60,382 nt of DNA from Leptospira biflexa. Lineage in GTDB: Bacteria; Spirochaetota; Leptospiria; Turneriellales; DYLW01. Positions 18,883-27,470 of the stretch are shown piece by piece. Position numbers and translations under genes: made by a program. How positions within the stretch are numbered: position 1 is the first letter of the stretch; every line of letters starts with the position of its first letter. Below the pieces are notes generated by a model. It was not told the DNA's origin. It was given only the letters and a program-made list of their open reading frames with translations, and did no database searches. The stretch covers positions 1-60,382 of the forward strand of contig DYOA01000013.1 of NCBI GenBank assembly GCA_020720785.1, written 5' to 3'.

Positions 18883-19571
18883 TCCGCTACATTCCAGGTT
18901 TGTTTTCCATTTCCGGATAATGGGTATTTTTTGGCCGATTTGAGAACATCCGGATCAAAATTGTACAGCGAGATAATATCCTTGATGCGTGCGAAAAATT
19001 CCCGGACACGGGAAGACAAGTTTGTTTTATAAAAACCCATATTTGCCGGATAACCTGTGGCTTCCATATCCAAAATTCCCGCTATCATCAAAGCCCGGTA
19101 CAGATGATATTTTTGGGTGACGATGACAATCCGTTTTGCTCCAAAAATATATTTGGTATGAATCAGCGAATTCCTTGTGTTGATTCCCGCATGGTCAATA
19201 AAAATATCTTCCGGGGACACCCGTTTTTTCAGTAAATAATCCTTCATTACGTTCACTTCGTCATAGTATAATTTGGAATTATCCCCGGAAACAATTAGTT
19301 TTTGCACCCTCCCTGTATGGTACAAAAAAGCGGCTTTTTCCAGACGTTCTTTTAAAACTCCGGAAGGTTCCTTTTTTACCGTCACACTTGCCCCCAGAAT
19401 CAGAGCGACCTGGGCAGGATTTATTCTCTCCGGATCTGTCTGTATCCATTTTTCATAATAGTATGGAATTAATCCATTGGCAAGAAGAAGGCTCAACGCC
19501 GGAATCAGCGTTAATAGAATCATCAATATTCGTGCTTTACTGTTCATCGAATTAACAATAATAGTCCACAT
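18879..19571 (-). CDS. SanA/DUF218 (ElyC-like) protein
   Basis: LILGA, ERL, IVSGDN, YDEV, DHAGINT, TQKYHLYRA, REFFAR. Confidence 0.85.
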   Translation of the reverse strand: MWTIIVNSMNSKARILMILLTLIPALSLLLANGLIPYYYEKWIQTDPERINPAQVALILGASVTVKKEPSGVLKERLEKAAFLYHTGRVQKLIVSGDNSKLYYDEVNVMKDYLLKKRVSPEDIFIDHAGINTRNSLIHTKYIFGAKRIVIVTQKYHLYRALMIAGILDMEATGYPANMGFYKTNLSSRVREFFARIKDIISLYNFDPDVLKSAKKYPLSGNGKQTWNVAD

Positions 19572-19619
19572 ATTCTGTAAATAGTAATCCGGAGTGGGAA
19601 ATCAAAAAAGGAGATTCTC

Positions 19620-20114
19620 ATGCAAATCACATATTTTCCCATAGGGTTGGTGCACTCCCCCTTCACCGCGGCGGAGGGAACTCCCATCCAGGCGGCTTCA
19701 TCGGGAGCGGTGGGAACCGTGGAAATATATCCGGAGTATGCGGAAGGATTGCAGGATATTGAAGGCTTTTCCCATCTCTACCTGATATACCATTTTCATC
19801 TGTCCATACCCAAAGGTCTGCGGTTGACTCCGTTCATGGACAAACACCCCCGTGGAGTTTTTTCCATGCGGGGTCCTTCCCGTCCCAACCCAATTGGTAT
19901 TTCTGTGGTAACCCTGCTCTCAGTGAAAGACAATTTGTTGGAGGTGGGTGAGCTGGATATTCTGGATAAAACTCCTCTTCTGGATATGAAACCATATATC
20001 CCGGAATTTGATGTCCGGGAGGATTGCTCCATCGGCTGGTTACAGACAAAAAACGGGGAATTGTCCGGTACTTTCGATGACGGACGGTTTATCCACCGCA
20101 ATTCCCGCCCATAA
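19620..20114 (+). CDS. tsaA: tRNA m6t6A37 methyltransferase TrmO
   Basis: GFSHLYLIYHFH, GVFSMRGPSRPNPIG, TPLLDMKPY. Confidence 0.92.
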   Translation: MQITYFPIGLVHSPFTAAEGTPIQAASSGAVGTVEIYPEYAEGLQDIEGFSHLYLIYHFHLSIPKGLRLTPFMDKHPRGVFSMRGPSRPNPIGISVVTLLSVKDNLLEVGELDILDKTPLLDMKPYIPEFDVREDCSIGWLQTKNGELSGTFDDGRFIHRNSRP

Positions 20115-20958
20115 ACATATTGTCAATCAGCCGGACATCTCCGCAATAGACTGCCACCGCAGCCAAACCCTGCGTTACTATGGCATCATCCGGCAAGTCT
20201 TCCAGAGTGCGGGGATCATAGATCCCGGCATAATCCACCTGAACAGAACCCAGATATTTTTCATAGATTCCCTTCATCTCTTTAACCAGGATGCGTGGAT
20301 TTTTTTCCCACGCATCCCGAATGGCCGCCAGAGACCGGGAAATTACAATAGCATCCTTTCTGTTTTCTGGGGACAGACGGGCATTCCGGCTGGACATGGC
20401 CAGACCATCCTTTTCCCGGATGATGGGTATGGGAATGATTTCGACCTCCAGATGAAGGTCTTTATTCATTTTTTGTATTAATAAAAGCTGCTGATAATCC
20501 TTGCACCCAAAAACAGCATATTGTGGCTTTATCCATACAAAAAGGTTATGAACAATCAATAATACTCCTTCAAAATGGCCGGGACGGGTTTTCCCGCAGA
20601 GCCGGCTCATCATGTCCGGATAGCGGAGCTGGATCAGATTTGTGGATTGGTCCCCATAAATTTCCTGAACGCCGGGGTGAAAAAGAACATCCACGCCCTC
20701 GTTCTCCGCAAGAGAAATATCATTTTCCGTATTCACCGGATATTTTTCGTAATCCTCTTTATTATTAAATTGGGCCGGGTTCACAAAAATGGAAACCACC
20801 ACCAAATCCCCTACTTCCCTGGCTTTCCGGAACAAAGAAAGATGCCCTTCGTGTAAAAAGCCCATAGTGGGAACAAAGGCCACTTTTTTATCCGGATTTA
20901 CACATCGGTAGTTTTCCAGAAAACCGGAAATCCCTTTTATGGTATTAAATATCTGCAT
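20089..20958 (-). CDS. panC: pantoate--beta-alanine ligase
   Basis: VPTMGFLHEGH, SIFVNPAQF, RPGHFEGV, KDYQQ, GLAMSSRN, RLIDN. Confidence 0.96.
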   Translation of the reverse strand: MQIFNTIKGISGFLENYRCVNPDKKVAFVPTMGFLHEGHLSLFRKAREVGDLVVVSIFVNPAQFNNKEDYEKYPVNTENDISLAENEGVDVLFHPGVQEIYGDQSTNLIQLRYPDMMSRLCGKTRPGHFEGVLLIVHNLFVWIKPQYAVFGCKDYQQLLLIQKMNKDLHLEVEIIPIPIIREKDGLAMSSRNARLSPENRKDAIVISRSLAAIRDAWEKNPRILVKEMKGIYEKYLGSVQVDYAGIYDPRTLEDLPDDAIVTQGLAAVAVYCGDVRLIDNMFMGGNCGG

Positions 20959-21001
20959 GTCCTCCCCCCATTATTTTGATGATTATTTCTGCCCGGTTGG
21001 C

Positions 21002-23977
21002 CTATTTTGCCTCTTCCCAGTTGCGACCATAACCTCCGCTCACCACAAGAGGAACCCGGAATTCCACGCAGTTCTCCATAATCTCTTTGATTTCCGGAAA
21101 AACCTGTTTTTTTTCCCCTTCCGGGACCTCAAAGATCAGCTCATCATGTATCTGCAGAATCATTCGCGTTTTGCTCCCGCGTTTTTCCAGCATTTTCTGG
21201 ATGTCAATCATGGCCACCTTGATTAAATCTGCCGCAGTGGACTGGATGGGGGTATTGATGGCCAGTCTCCTCCCTGCTTCCCGCAAATTATGGCTGGAAG
21301 AACTTAATTCCGGGATATATCTTCTTCTTCCAAAATAATTTTCCGTAAATCCTTTTTCCCTGGCCGATTTTTCCGCATTCTCCATATATTTACGGATACC
21401 GGGAAACATCTCAAAATACAGGGATATCATGGATTTGGCTTCTGCCCTGGAAATTTTCATGGAATTGGAAAGCCCAAAATCCGTGACCCCATACACAATG
21501 GAAAAGTTCAACACCTTGGCACGGGACCGCATCCTGGAAAATTCCGGAGTGTGTTTCATCTGTGCCAGAATCTGCGGATCAATATCCGGTATGACCCCTG
21601 GATGGATAATATCCTCGCTCCAGACATTTTTTCTGTCATCAAAAAAACGCCGGTAAAGAAGATACGCTGCTTTATCGTGGATGTCTTCCCCGTGGAGAAA
21701 CGCATCTGTCAGATTTGTATCCCCGGAATAATGGGCCAGAATTCGCAGTTCAATCTGGCTGTAATCCAGCACCAGAAGAGAGAATCCCTCCTCCGCAATA
21801 AATGCCCGCCGGATCTGCCGCCCCTCCTCTTCCTTTATGGGAATATTCTGTAAATTCGGATTGGAGGATGTGATCCTTCCTGTGGCGGCCACCACAGGGG
21901 AAAAACTGGAGTGGATCCTTCCGGTGGAGGGAACAATATAACCCGGCAGAGGATCAATGTATGTGCCCAGTAGCTTATTGGCCAGACGGTATTCCAGCAT
22001 CCGGTCCACCACTTCATGTTCCCCCTTCAGCAATTCCAGAACGGAGGCGTCTGTGGATGCTTTCCCTCCCGAAGTTTTCTTCTTCATATCCAGACCCAGC
22101 TCATCATACAATACAGACGCAAGCTGTTGCGGGGAATTCAGGTTAAAGCTCCGCCCGGCGGCCTCATATATTTTTTGCTCCAGAATACGGATTTTTTCCG
22201 TGAAATCCACGCTCATTTTCTTCAGGTATTCCAAATCCACCAGAACCCCATTTTTCTCCATCTTATTCAAAACATAAATAAAGGGGAGATCAATATTCCG
22301 GTATAAATCCATCAGCCCGGATTTTTCCGTCTCCGGAACCAGAATATCCTTCAAACGCAGAGCAACGCCGGCATCTTCCCCTGCATAAGCGGAAAGAGTA
22401 CGGAGTGAAATTTCCACCAGAGGGATTGTCTTTTTCCCCGTACCCGTGATTTCTTTATACAGAATGGTGGTTTCCCCCAGATATTTAGTAGCCAGATCAT
22501 CCAGATTATGCTCCCGCTTTTCCGGATTTTTTAAATAGGACAGCATCATGGTATCATAGCGGATCCCTCTCAGATCAATACCATGATTCTGTAAAACCAG
22601 CATATCATATTTGATATTCTGTCCAACTTTAATTATGGATTCATCCTCCAGTACGCCCCGCAGGGCTTCTATGAGGGTTAGGCCATCGTCCACATCCGCA
22701 TAATCCGGATGAATGGTTTCCGTCCGGGCAAAAATGGCAGGGATATACAGTAGCTTAATGTTGGAACCTTTTTCCATGACCAGCCCGCCCGATGGATGGA
22801 AATATGCAATGGAAATTCCCACCAGAGAGGCTTCCATGGGAGATTTGGATGTGGTTTCCGTGTCCACAGAAATCTCCGGATTTTCCAGATTGCGGATTTC
22901 CTGTTCGCAGGCATCCCAATCGTATTTTTTTCTTATTATGCGGGTGGCGGAAGCATATCTTTCTATCCGCGTATCCAGATTGTTTTCCAGAGCTCCAAAA
23001 AGTCCTTCCTGCAAATACGCCGGAGAAGCCAAATCTCCGGAATCTGTTTTCTCCGGATCCGTTTCTTTCTCCGGAGCTTTTTGTTCCATCGGATAACTGC
23101 GGAATAACTTCTCAAAATCATTATAGACAGAGTGAATTTCTTTTTCTTTGAAAATCCGGATTTTCTTCTCCAGAGATGGACTCACCCACCGATCCATTTT
23201 TGAAAAAAGGAAAGGTAATTTCATGTCCGTTTTCAAACGCACCAGATCTCTGGATAAAAATGCATTATCCCGGTCATCATCCAGTTTTTTTGCGACCGCT
23301 TTTGCGGATATTTTATCCAGATTATCGTAAATATCTTCCAGAGATCCGAACTGTGCCACCAGAGCGGCAGCCCCCTTCTCCCCGATTCCTTTGACTCCGG
23401 GTATAAAGTCAGAAGAATCCCCCATCAATGCCAGAAAATCCATGATGCGGTCATGGGGAATGCCCCATTTTTTCTTTGGATATTCCGTATCCAGAATTTC
23501 ATAATCGCCGGTTTTATAACCCGCCCGGAGCATAAACACATTTTCACCCAGCATGGCCATCAAATCCTTATCCGCAGTGGCCAGATAAAGCGTGTATTCC
23601 TTCTGGCCATGAATGCTCGTTGCCAGGCTGGCCAGGGCGTCATCCGCTTCTTCGTTTTCCGGAATCCAGAGCGGAAGTTCCAGACTCCGAATGATTCCCT
23701 GGATTTCTTCAATCTGTATTTTCAAGTCATCCGGGGTGGGTTTCCGGTTGGATTTGTATTCGGGAAAGATTTCATGCCGGAAATTTTTTTTGGACGGATC
23801 AAAAACAAAAACCAGATAATCCGGCTGGATCACTTTCGCCATCGTGGCTATATTGCGGAAAAACCCCATAACCGCTCCCGTGGGAATGCCGTCTTTGTTG
23901 GTCAGGTTCTGGGCAGCCATTGCATAATATGACCGGTAGGAAAGTGCGTGCCCGTCAATGGCCAGAATTTTTTTCAT
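21002..23977 (-). CDS. polA: DNA polymerase I
   Basis: 5'-3' exo (IDG, YKSNR, EADD, GD.SD.IPGV.GIG.K), 3'-5' exo (DTET, NIKYD, YAGED), motifs A DYSQIELR and C QIHDEL. Confidence 0.97.
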   Translation of the reverse strand: MKKILAIDGHALSYRSYYAMAAQNLTNKDGIPTGAVMGFFRNIATMAKVIQPDYLVFVFDPSKKNFRHEIFPEYKSNRKPTPDDLKIQIEEIQGIIRSLELPLWIPENEEADDALASLATSIHGQKEYTLYLATADKDLMAMLGENVFMLRAGYKTGDYEILDTEYPKKKWGIPHDRIMDFLALMGDSSDFIPGVKGIGEKGAAALVAQFGSLEDIYDNLDKISAKAVAKKLDDDRDNAFLSRDLVRLKTDMKLPFLFSKMDRWVSPSLEKKIRIFKEKEIHSVYNDFEKLFRSYPMEQKAPEKETDPEKTDSGDLASPAYLQEGLFGALENNLDTRIERYASATRIIRKKYDWDACEQEIRNLENPEISVDTETTSKSPMEASLVGISIAYFHPSGGLVMEKGSNIKLLYIPAIFARTETIHPDYADVDDGLTLIEALRGVLEDESIIKVGQNIKYDMLVLQNHGIDLRGIRYDTMMLSYLKNPEKREHNLDDLATKYLGETTILYKEITGTGKKTIPLVEISLRTLSAYAGEDAGVALRLKDILVPETEKSGLMDLYRNIDLPFIYVLNKMEKNGVLVDLEYLKKMSVDFTEKIRILEQKIYEAAGRSFNLNSPQQLASVLYDELGLDMKKKTSGGKASTDASVLELLKGEHEVVDRMLEYRLANKLLGTYIDPLPGYIVPSTGRIHSSFSPVVAATGRITSSNPNLQNIPIKEEEGRQIRRAFIAEEGFSLLVLDYSQIELRILAHYSGDTNLTDAFLHGEDIHDKAAYLLYRRFFDDRKNVWSEDIIHPGVIPDIDPQILAQMKHTPEFSRMRSRAKVLNFSIVYGVTDFGLSNSMKISRAEAKSMISLYFEMFPGIRKYMENAEKSAREKGFTENYFGRRRYIPELSSSSHNLREAGRRLAINTPIQSTAADLIKVAMIDIQKMLEKRGSKTRMILQIHDELIFEVPEGEKKQVFPEIKEIMENCVEFRVPLVVSGGYGRNWEEAK

Positions 23978-24015
23978 AATCTTGAGTGGAATATCCGGGG
24001 CAGACGTAAAGAGTT

Positions 24016-24885
24016 TTATGAGCCGTTAAAACTTTTCGTCTCCGGATTGGGTGTTTTTTCCGGGGGAAACCTTCGGGCGGCCATCCTGAACCCAATCGAA
24101 TTGGCCGCTCCGTCCCGGGAATGGTAATTGCGGTTGGCGGGACGCAGGCTGGTCGGATTGCTGGTCCAGCCCCCACCCCGAATCGCCATATCATTACACT
24201 CCGGAGTGATAAAGGGCTCCTCTGTTTTCTGGATACGGTAATTACCATGGTAGCAATCCTGAACCCATTCCCAGACATTCCCCGGCATATCGTAAATCCC
24301 AAAGGTATTGGGGGAAAATTTACCTACGGCATAAGTGCCAATTTCATCACAAAAAATATCGTCATCAAATAGGGCTCCTCTCTGGCTTGTGCTACGGCAG
24401 ATGGGTTTTTGCTCTCCCCAGGGATAGGCACTGCTTTTTCCGGAACGGGCAGCGTATTCCCACTGGGTTTCTGTGGGCAAGGCAAAAAGAAGGTGATGGG
24501 AATTACTGTAAAGGTTATTGAATATTTGCATAAATGCAAGTGTATCTTCATAAGTGACCATTTCCGCCGGACATTGGGGGCAATTATTAAAATGAGACGG
24601 ATTTTTACCGGTGATCCGGGAATAGATATCCTGCGTGATTTCGTATTTGCCCATATAAAATTCTTCCACACACCGCTCATGAACCGGTTGTTCATCGGTT
24701 TCCAGCGAGGAACCCATCATAAAACATCCGGACGGAATGAGGATAAAATCCACCCCTTCAATGAGGATTTCCGGGTTGTCTTTTTGTGTCATAGGCGTTT
24801 CCCCGCTCTGTCCATACACCTTGCATGGGGAAAGTACCACAGAAAGGCAAAGGATAGTAAATAAAAAAAACTTATGAATCCTCAT
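24016..24885 (-). CDS. exported FGE-sulfatase (SUMF1-like) domain protein
   Basis: FMMGS, YEITQ, LPTETQWEYAAR, DMPGNVWEW, RGGGW, IGFR; start at MRIHKFF gives a signal peptide. Confidence 0.85.
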   Translation of the reverse strand: MRIHKFFLFTILCLSVVLSPCKVYGQSGETPMTQKDNPEILIEGVDFILIPSGCFMMGSSLETDEQPVHERCVEEFYMGKYEITQDIYSRITGKNPSHFNNCPQCPAEMVTYEDTLAFMQIFNNLYSNSHHLLFALPTETQWEYAARSGKSSAYPWGEQKPICRSTSQRGALFDDDIFCDEIGTYAVGKFSPNTFGIYDMPGNVWEWVQDCYHGNYRIQKTEEPFITPECNDMAIRGGGWTSNPTSLRPANRNYHSRDGAANSIGFRMAARRFPPEKTPNPETKSFNGS

Positions 24886-25104
24886 TATTCTCTCGCCCAC
24901 CATGTATCCTGACCAAGAGTGTCCATCGGAATTTTTTTCCATAGATGACGACATGCTTCTATAAACGGCAAGGATAAGGGGCGGCAATTGGCCATCATTG
25001 AACGAGAGCATTAATGGACCATCGTACCATGGATTTAACCGATTCATCCATGGTCAATACGCTAATATACTATACATTATTATAGCGTATATAATTATGG
25101 CATT

Positions 25105-25461
25105 ATGAACACAATTATGGAAGGAAAACAAACCCAGAGCCGGGCTACGTCCATTCTGGGAGAAATGGGCTATTCCATCCTTGAGGAAAACAAAAAAATC
25201 AGTAAGATTGAAATTGACATTATCACGAACCACCGGGAGAAAGACAGAATCATATTCTGGGAGGTGAAAAAAGTCAACCGGAAAAACTATCGGAATGGAT
25301 ATTTCCCCTTCTCCCGGCAACAATGGAAAAGATATGTACGGGCATCCCAGATTGGATCACGATACCTTTTTCCGCAAAAAAAAATCCTCATTGGTCTGGT
25401 CATATTGGATCAGAACAATGAGGTTATTTTTATTGAGCCGGAATTTTATTATTTCCCCTGA
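25105..25461 (+). CDS. YraN/UPF0102-family PD-(D/E)XK nuclease-like protein
   Basis: GYSILEEN, EIDII, FWEVK; 118 aa. Confidence 0.7.
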   Translation: MNTIMEGKQTQSRATSILGEMGYSILEENKKISKIEIDIITNHREKDRIIFWEVKKVNRKNYRNGYFPFSRQQWKRYVRASQIGSRYLFPQKKILIGLVILDQNNEVIFIEPEFYYFP

Positions 25462-25480
25462 AACATCATTCCAGGGGAAA
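25452..25480. terminator. hairpin at convergent gene junction
   Basis: TTTCCCCTG-11nt-CAGGGGAAA perfect inverted repeat. Confidence 0.5.
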
Positions 25481-25485
25481 ATCCA

Positions 25486-26727
25486 TTACAGTACGGACTT
25501 GATCAATCCGGGCAGTTTTTCACATTCGCTCTTACTAAGGGAGCAGATGGAAATTCTTAAAGCCGGAGGATCCGCAATGGGTACTGTAAACACATTGATG
25601 GCTTCCAGTTTTTCCGCAATGGCGGACGCATCCGGAACATAAACAGTTGTGAAATATCCGCCGGTGGGCTTGGAAATCCGGAGTCCTGCCTTAGCGGCTG
25701 CTTCCGCGAATATTCCAAATCTTTCCTGGATCACCGTATTGGCAGCCTGTCTTTCTTCCTCTGCTTTTTTTATCAATTTTTCATCGGCCAGAATGGTCGC
25801 CAGGGCTTTTTGGGGAGCGGTCACGTTATTGGAATTGGACGCACGGGTGGTTCCTTCCATTACATTGAACCACTCATCGGCTTGTGCTTCATTTCTGGAA
25901 AGCAGGATATTGATTCCAACCCTCCACCCATAGGCCATAAAAGACTTGCTCGCAGAGGGTGCCAGAATGATGTTCAGGGATGGGTCAATGTCCATGATTT
26001 CCGGAACAAACTGGAGGTCTTTGGAATCCTTGCCGTTTGGCCCAAAGTCAATATAGGCAATGTCCAGAAAAATGCTTTTGGGAACATTGAATTTTTTGAG
26101 AATTTCTGCCATCTTGTGCCATTCTTCCCTGGTTATGGAAGCACCGGTGGGATTGCTGTACGGGCTGTTGATCAGAAGAAACAGCCTGCCCTCTTCTTTG
26201 GCTACTTTCGTGACAGTCTCTTCAAAGGATTTTAGATTCAGATTCAGATTTTCGTCCAGGAGATAAAAACCGGCTACCTTTTTTCCCGCCTGTTTGATAA
26301 TCAGATTATAGTTGGGCCAATAGGGTAAATGACTGATGACCGTCTGGGATGCCATATTGATCACAGCCAGAAAAATACCGCCGGTCCCTCCGTGGGTGGG
26401 GATTGCCCGGATATGAACGTCCTTGGGCAATTGGACACCCTTCAGAATATACTGTGGATAGGCAGTTTTCAACTCCGGGTTCCCTCCGGGGGGAGTATAT
26501 CCGCAAAGCTGGTCCCCGCTTTTATTGATTAAATCCTTCATCACATCCAGATAGGTGGGAATGATAAAAGGATTACCATCTTCATCCATTCCATTTCCCA
26601 AAGATGAATTAATCACTTTATCTTTTCCAAGTTTGGAGGTTGCTTCTTTTGCTCTTGCGGAAACGGCAAATATTCCCGCCTTTTTACTCATAATAATACT
26701 TTTTCTTTCTTCAATAATTATACTCAT
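25486..26727 (-). CDS. PLP-dependent aminotransferase class I/II
   Basis: GGTG, WPNY, NPTG, DIAY, SASKSFMAYGWRVG (PLP Lys), LRIS. Confidence 0.9.
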   Translation of the reverse strand: MSIIIEERKSIIMSKKAGIFAVSARAKEATSKLGKDKVINSSLGNGMDEDGNPFIIPTYLDVMKDLINKSGDQLCGYTPPGGNPELKTAYPQYILKGVQLPKDVHIRAIPTHGGTGGIFLAVINMASQTVISHLPYWPNYNLIIKQAGKKVAGFYLLDENLNLNLKSFEETVTKVAKEEGRLFLLINSPYSNPTGASITREEWHKMAEILKKFNVPKSIFLDIAYIDFGPNGKDSKDLQFVPEIMDIDPSLNIILAPSASKSFMAYGWRVGINILLSRNEAQADEWFNVMEGTTRASNSNNVTAPQKALATILADEKLIKKAEEERQAANTVIQERFGIFAEAAAKAGLRISKPTGGYFTTVYVPDASAIAEKLEAINVFTVPIADPPALRISICSLSKSECEKLPGLIKSVL

Positions 26728-26776
26728 GATTGTTTCCTTGTGTTCGCGATTTAAACTGGTGATCTGCTGTCCAGTT

Positions 26777-27052
26777 TTAATAGAGTCCGTTTGTGTTTTT
26801 CAGGATTTCCAAAAGATAGATGGTTTTCCTGTCTTCATCAAAAAAATAAAAAAGGCTCATCTCATCCACCCGGTAACGATAGATAATCCCAAGGTTCCCG
26901 TGCAGACGCCGGATCCTTTTACCATACCGGGGCTCATTCTTCAGCACCGGGTATATTACGGACTTTACTTTTTGGTACAAGCCTTCATAGCTTTTCTTCT
27001 GGTAGCTTTTCTGGTATGAGGCTGTCTCCTTGATGGAATAGCTATTCGGCAT
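26777..27052 (-). CDS. RelE/ParE-family toxin
   Basis: ~90 aa basic protein, P.YG..I..L.G, YRYRV, LFY..D; start overlaps antitoxin 3' end. Confidence 0.75.
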   Translation of the reverse strand: MPNSYSIKETASYQKSYQKKSYEGLYQKVKSVIYPVLKNEPRYGKRIRRLHGNLGIIYRYRVDEMSLFYFFDEDRKTIYLLEILKNTNGLY

Positions 27053-27284
27053 CAGCCATATCTCCTTTTTCAATTTCTTTCAGGGAATTTTTTAAGTTCT
27101 TAATAAATTTCTTATTCTCTGATAAACTCTTCATTTCTTCTCTGCTCACAAAGGAAGACTCCTCGATAAAGTGCAGCGTAGCATATTCAATGAAATTGGA
27201 TATTGTCCGCCGTTCCGCATCCGCAGCTCTTTTGATGGTCAGATAATCCTCATCTTCCAAGCGAATGGTAATTGTTTTTGCCAT
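27042..27284 (-). CDS. ribbon-helix-helix (CopG-like) antitoxin
   Basis: MAKTITIRL..., RTISNFIE; 80 aa directly upstream of the toxin. Confidence 0.8.
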   Translation of the reverse strand: MAKTITIRLEDEDYLTIKRAADAERRTISNFIEYATLHFIEESSFVSREEMKSLSENKKFIKNLKNSLKEIEKGDMADAE

Positions 27285-27312
27285 AATCCCCCCAAATATT
27301 CATATTTATTCA

Positions 27313-27340
27313 ATAATATTTATTTACAGTGCTGTGTCAA
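27313..27340 (-). promoter_or_regulatory. sigma70 promoter of the TA operon
   Basis: TTGACA-N16-TATTAT; repeated AATAAATAT boxes overlap the -10/start (possible operator). Confidence 0.6.
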
Positions 27341-27470
27341 TTAATATTATGCTTTTATGTTCACTTTTTTTAAGGTTTGTTTCAATTTTTTGCATAAATG
27401 TTAAAATAGCCTCTTTTTTTTATTTACACCAAGCACAAGGGTTTAAAGTGGACACGGGGATAGGGGTAAA

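Noticed and set aside
24016-24200. DGR variable region in the FGE-domain protein
   Set aside because: FGE-type folds are DGR targets in Treponema, but no template repeat or reverse transcriptase is visible in this window
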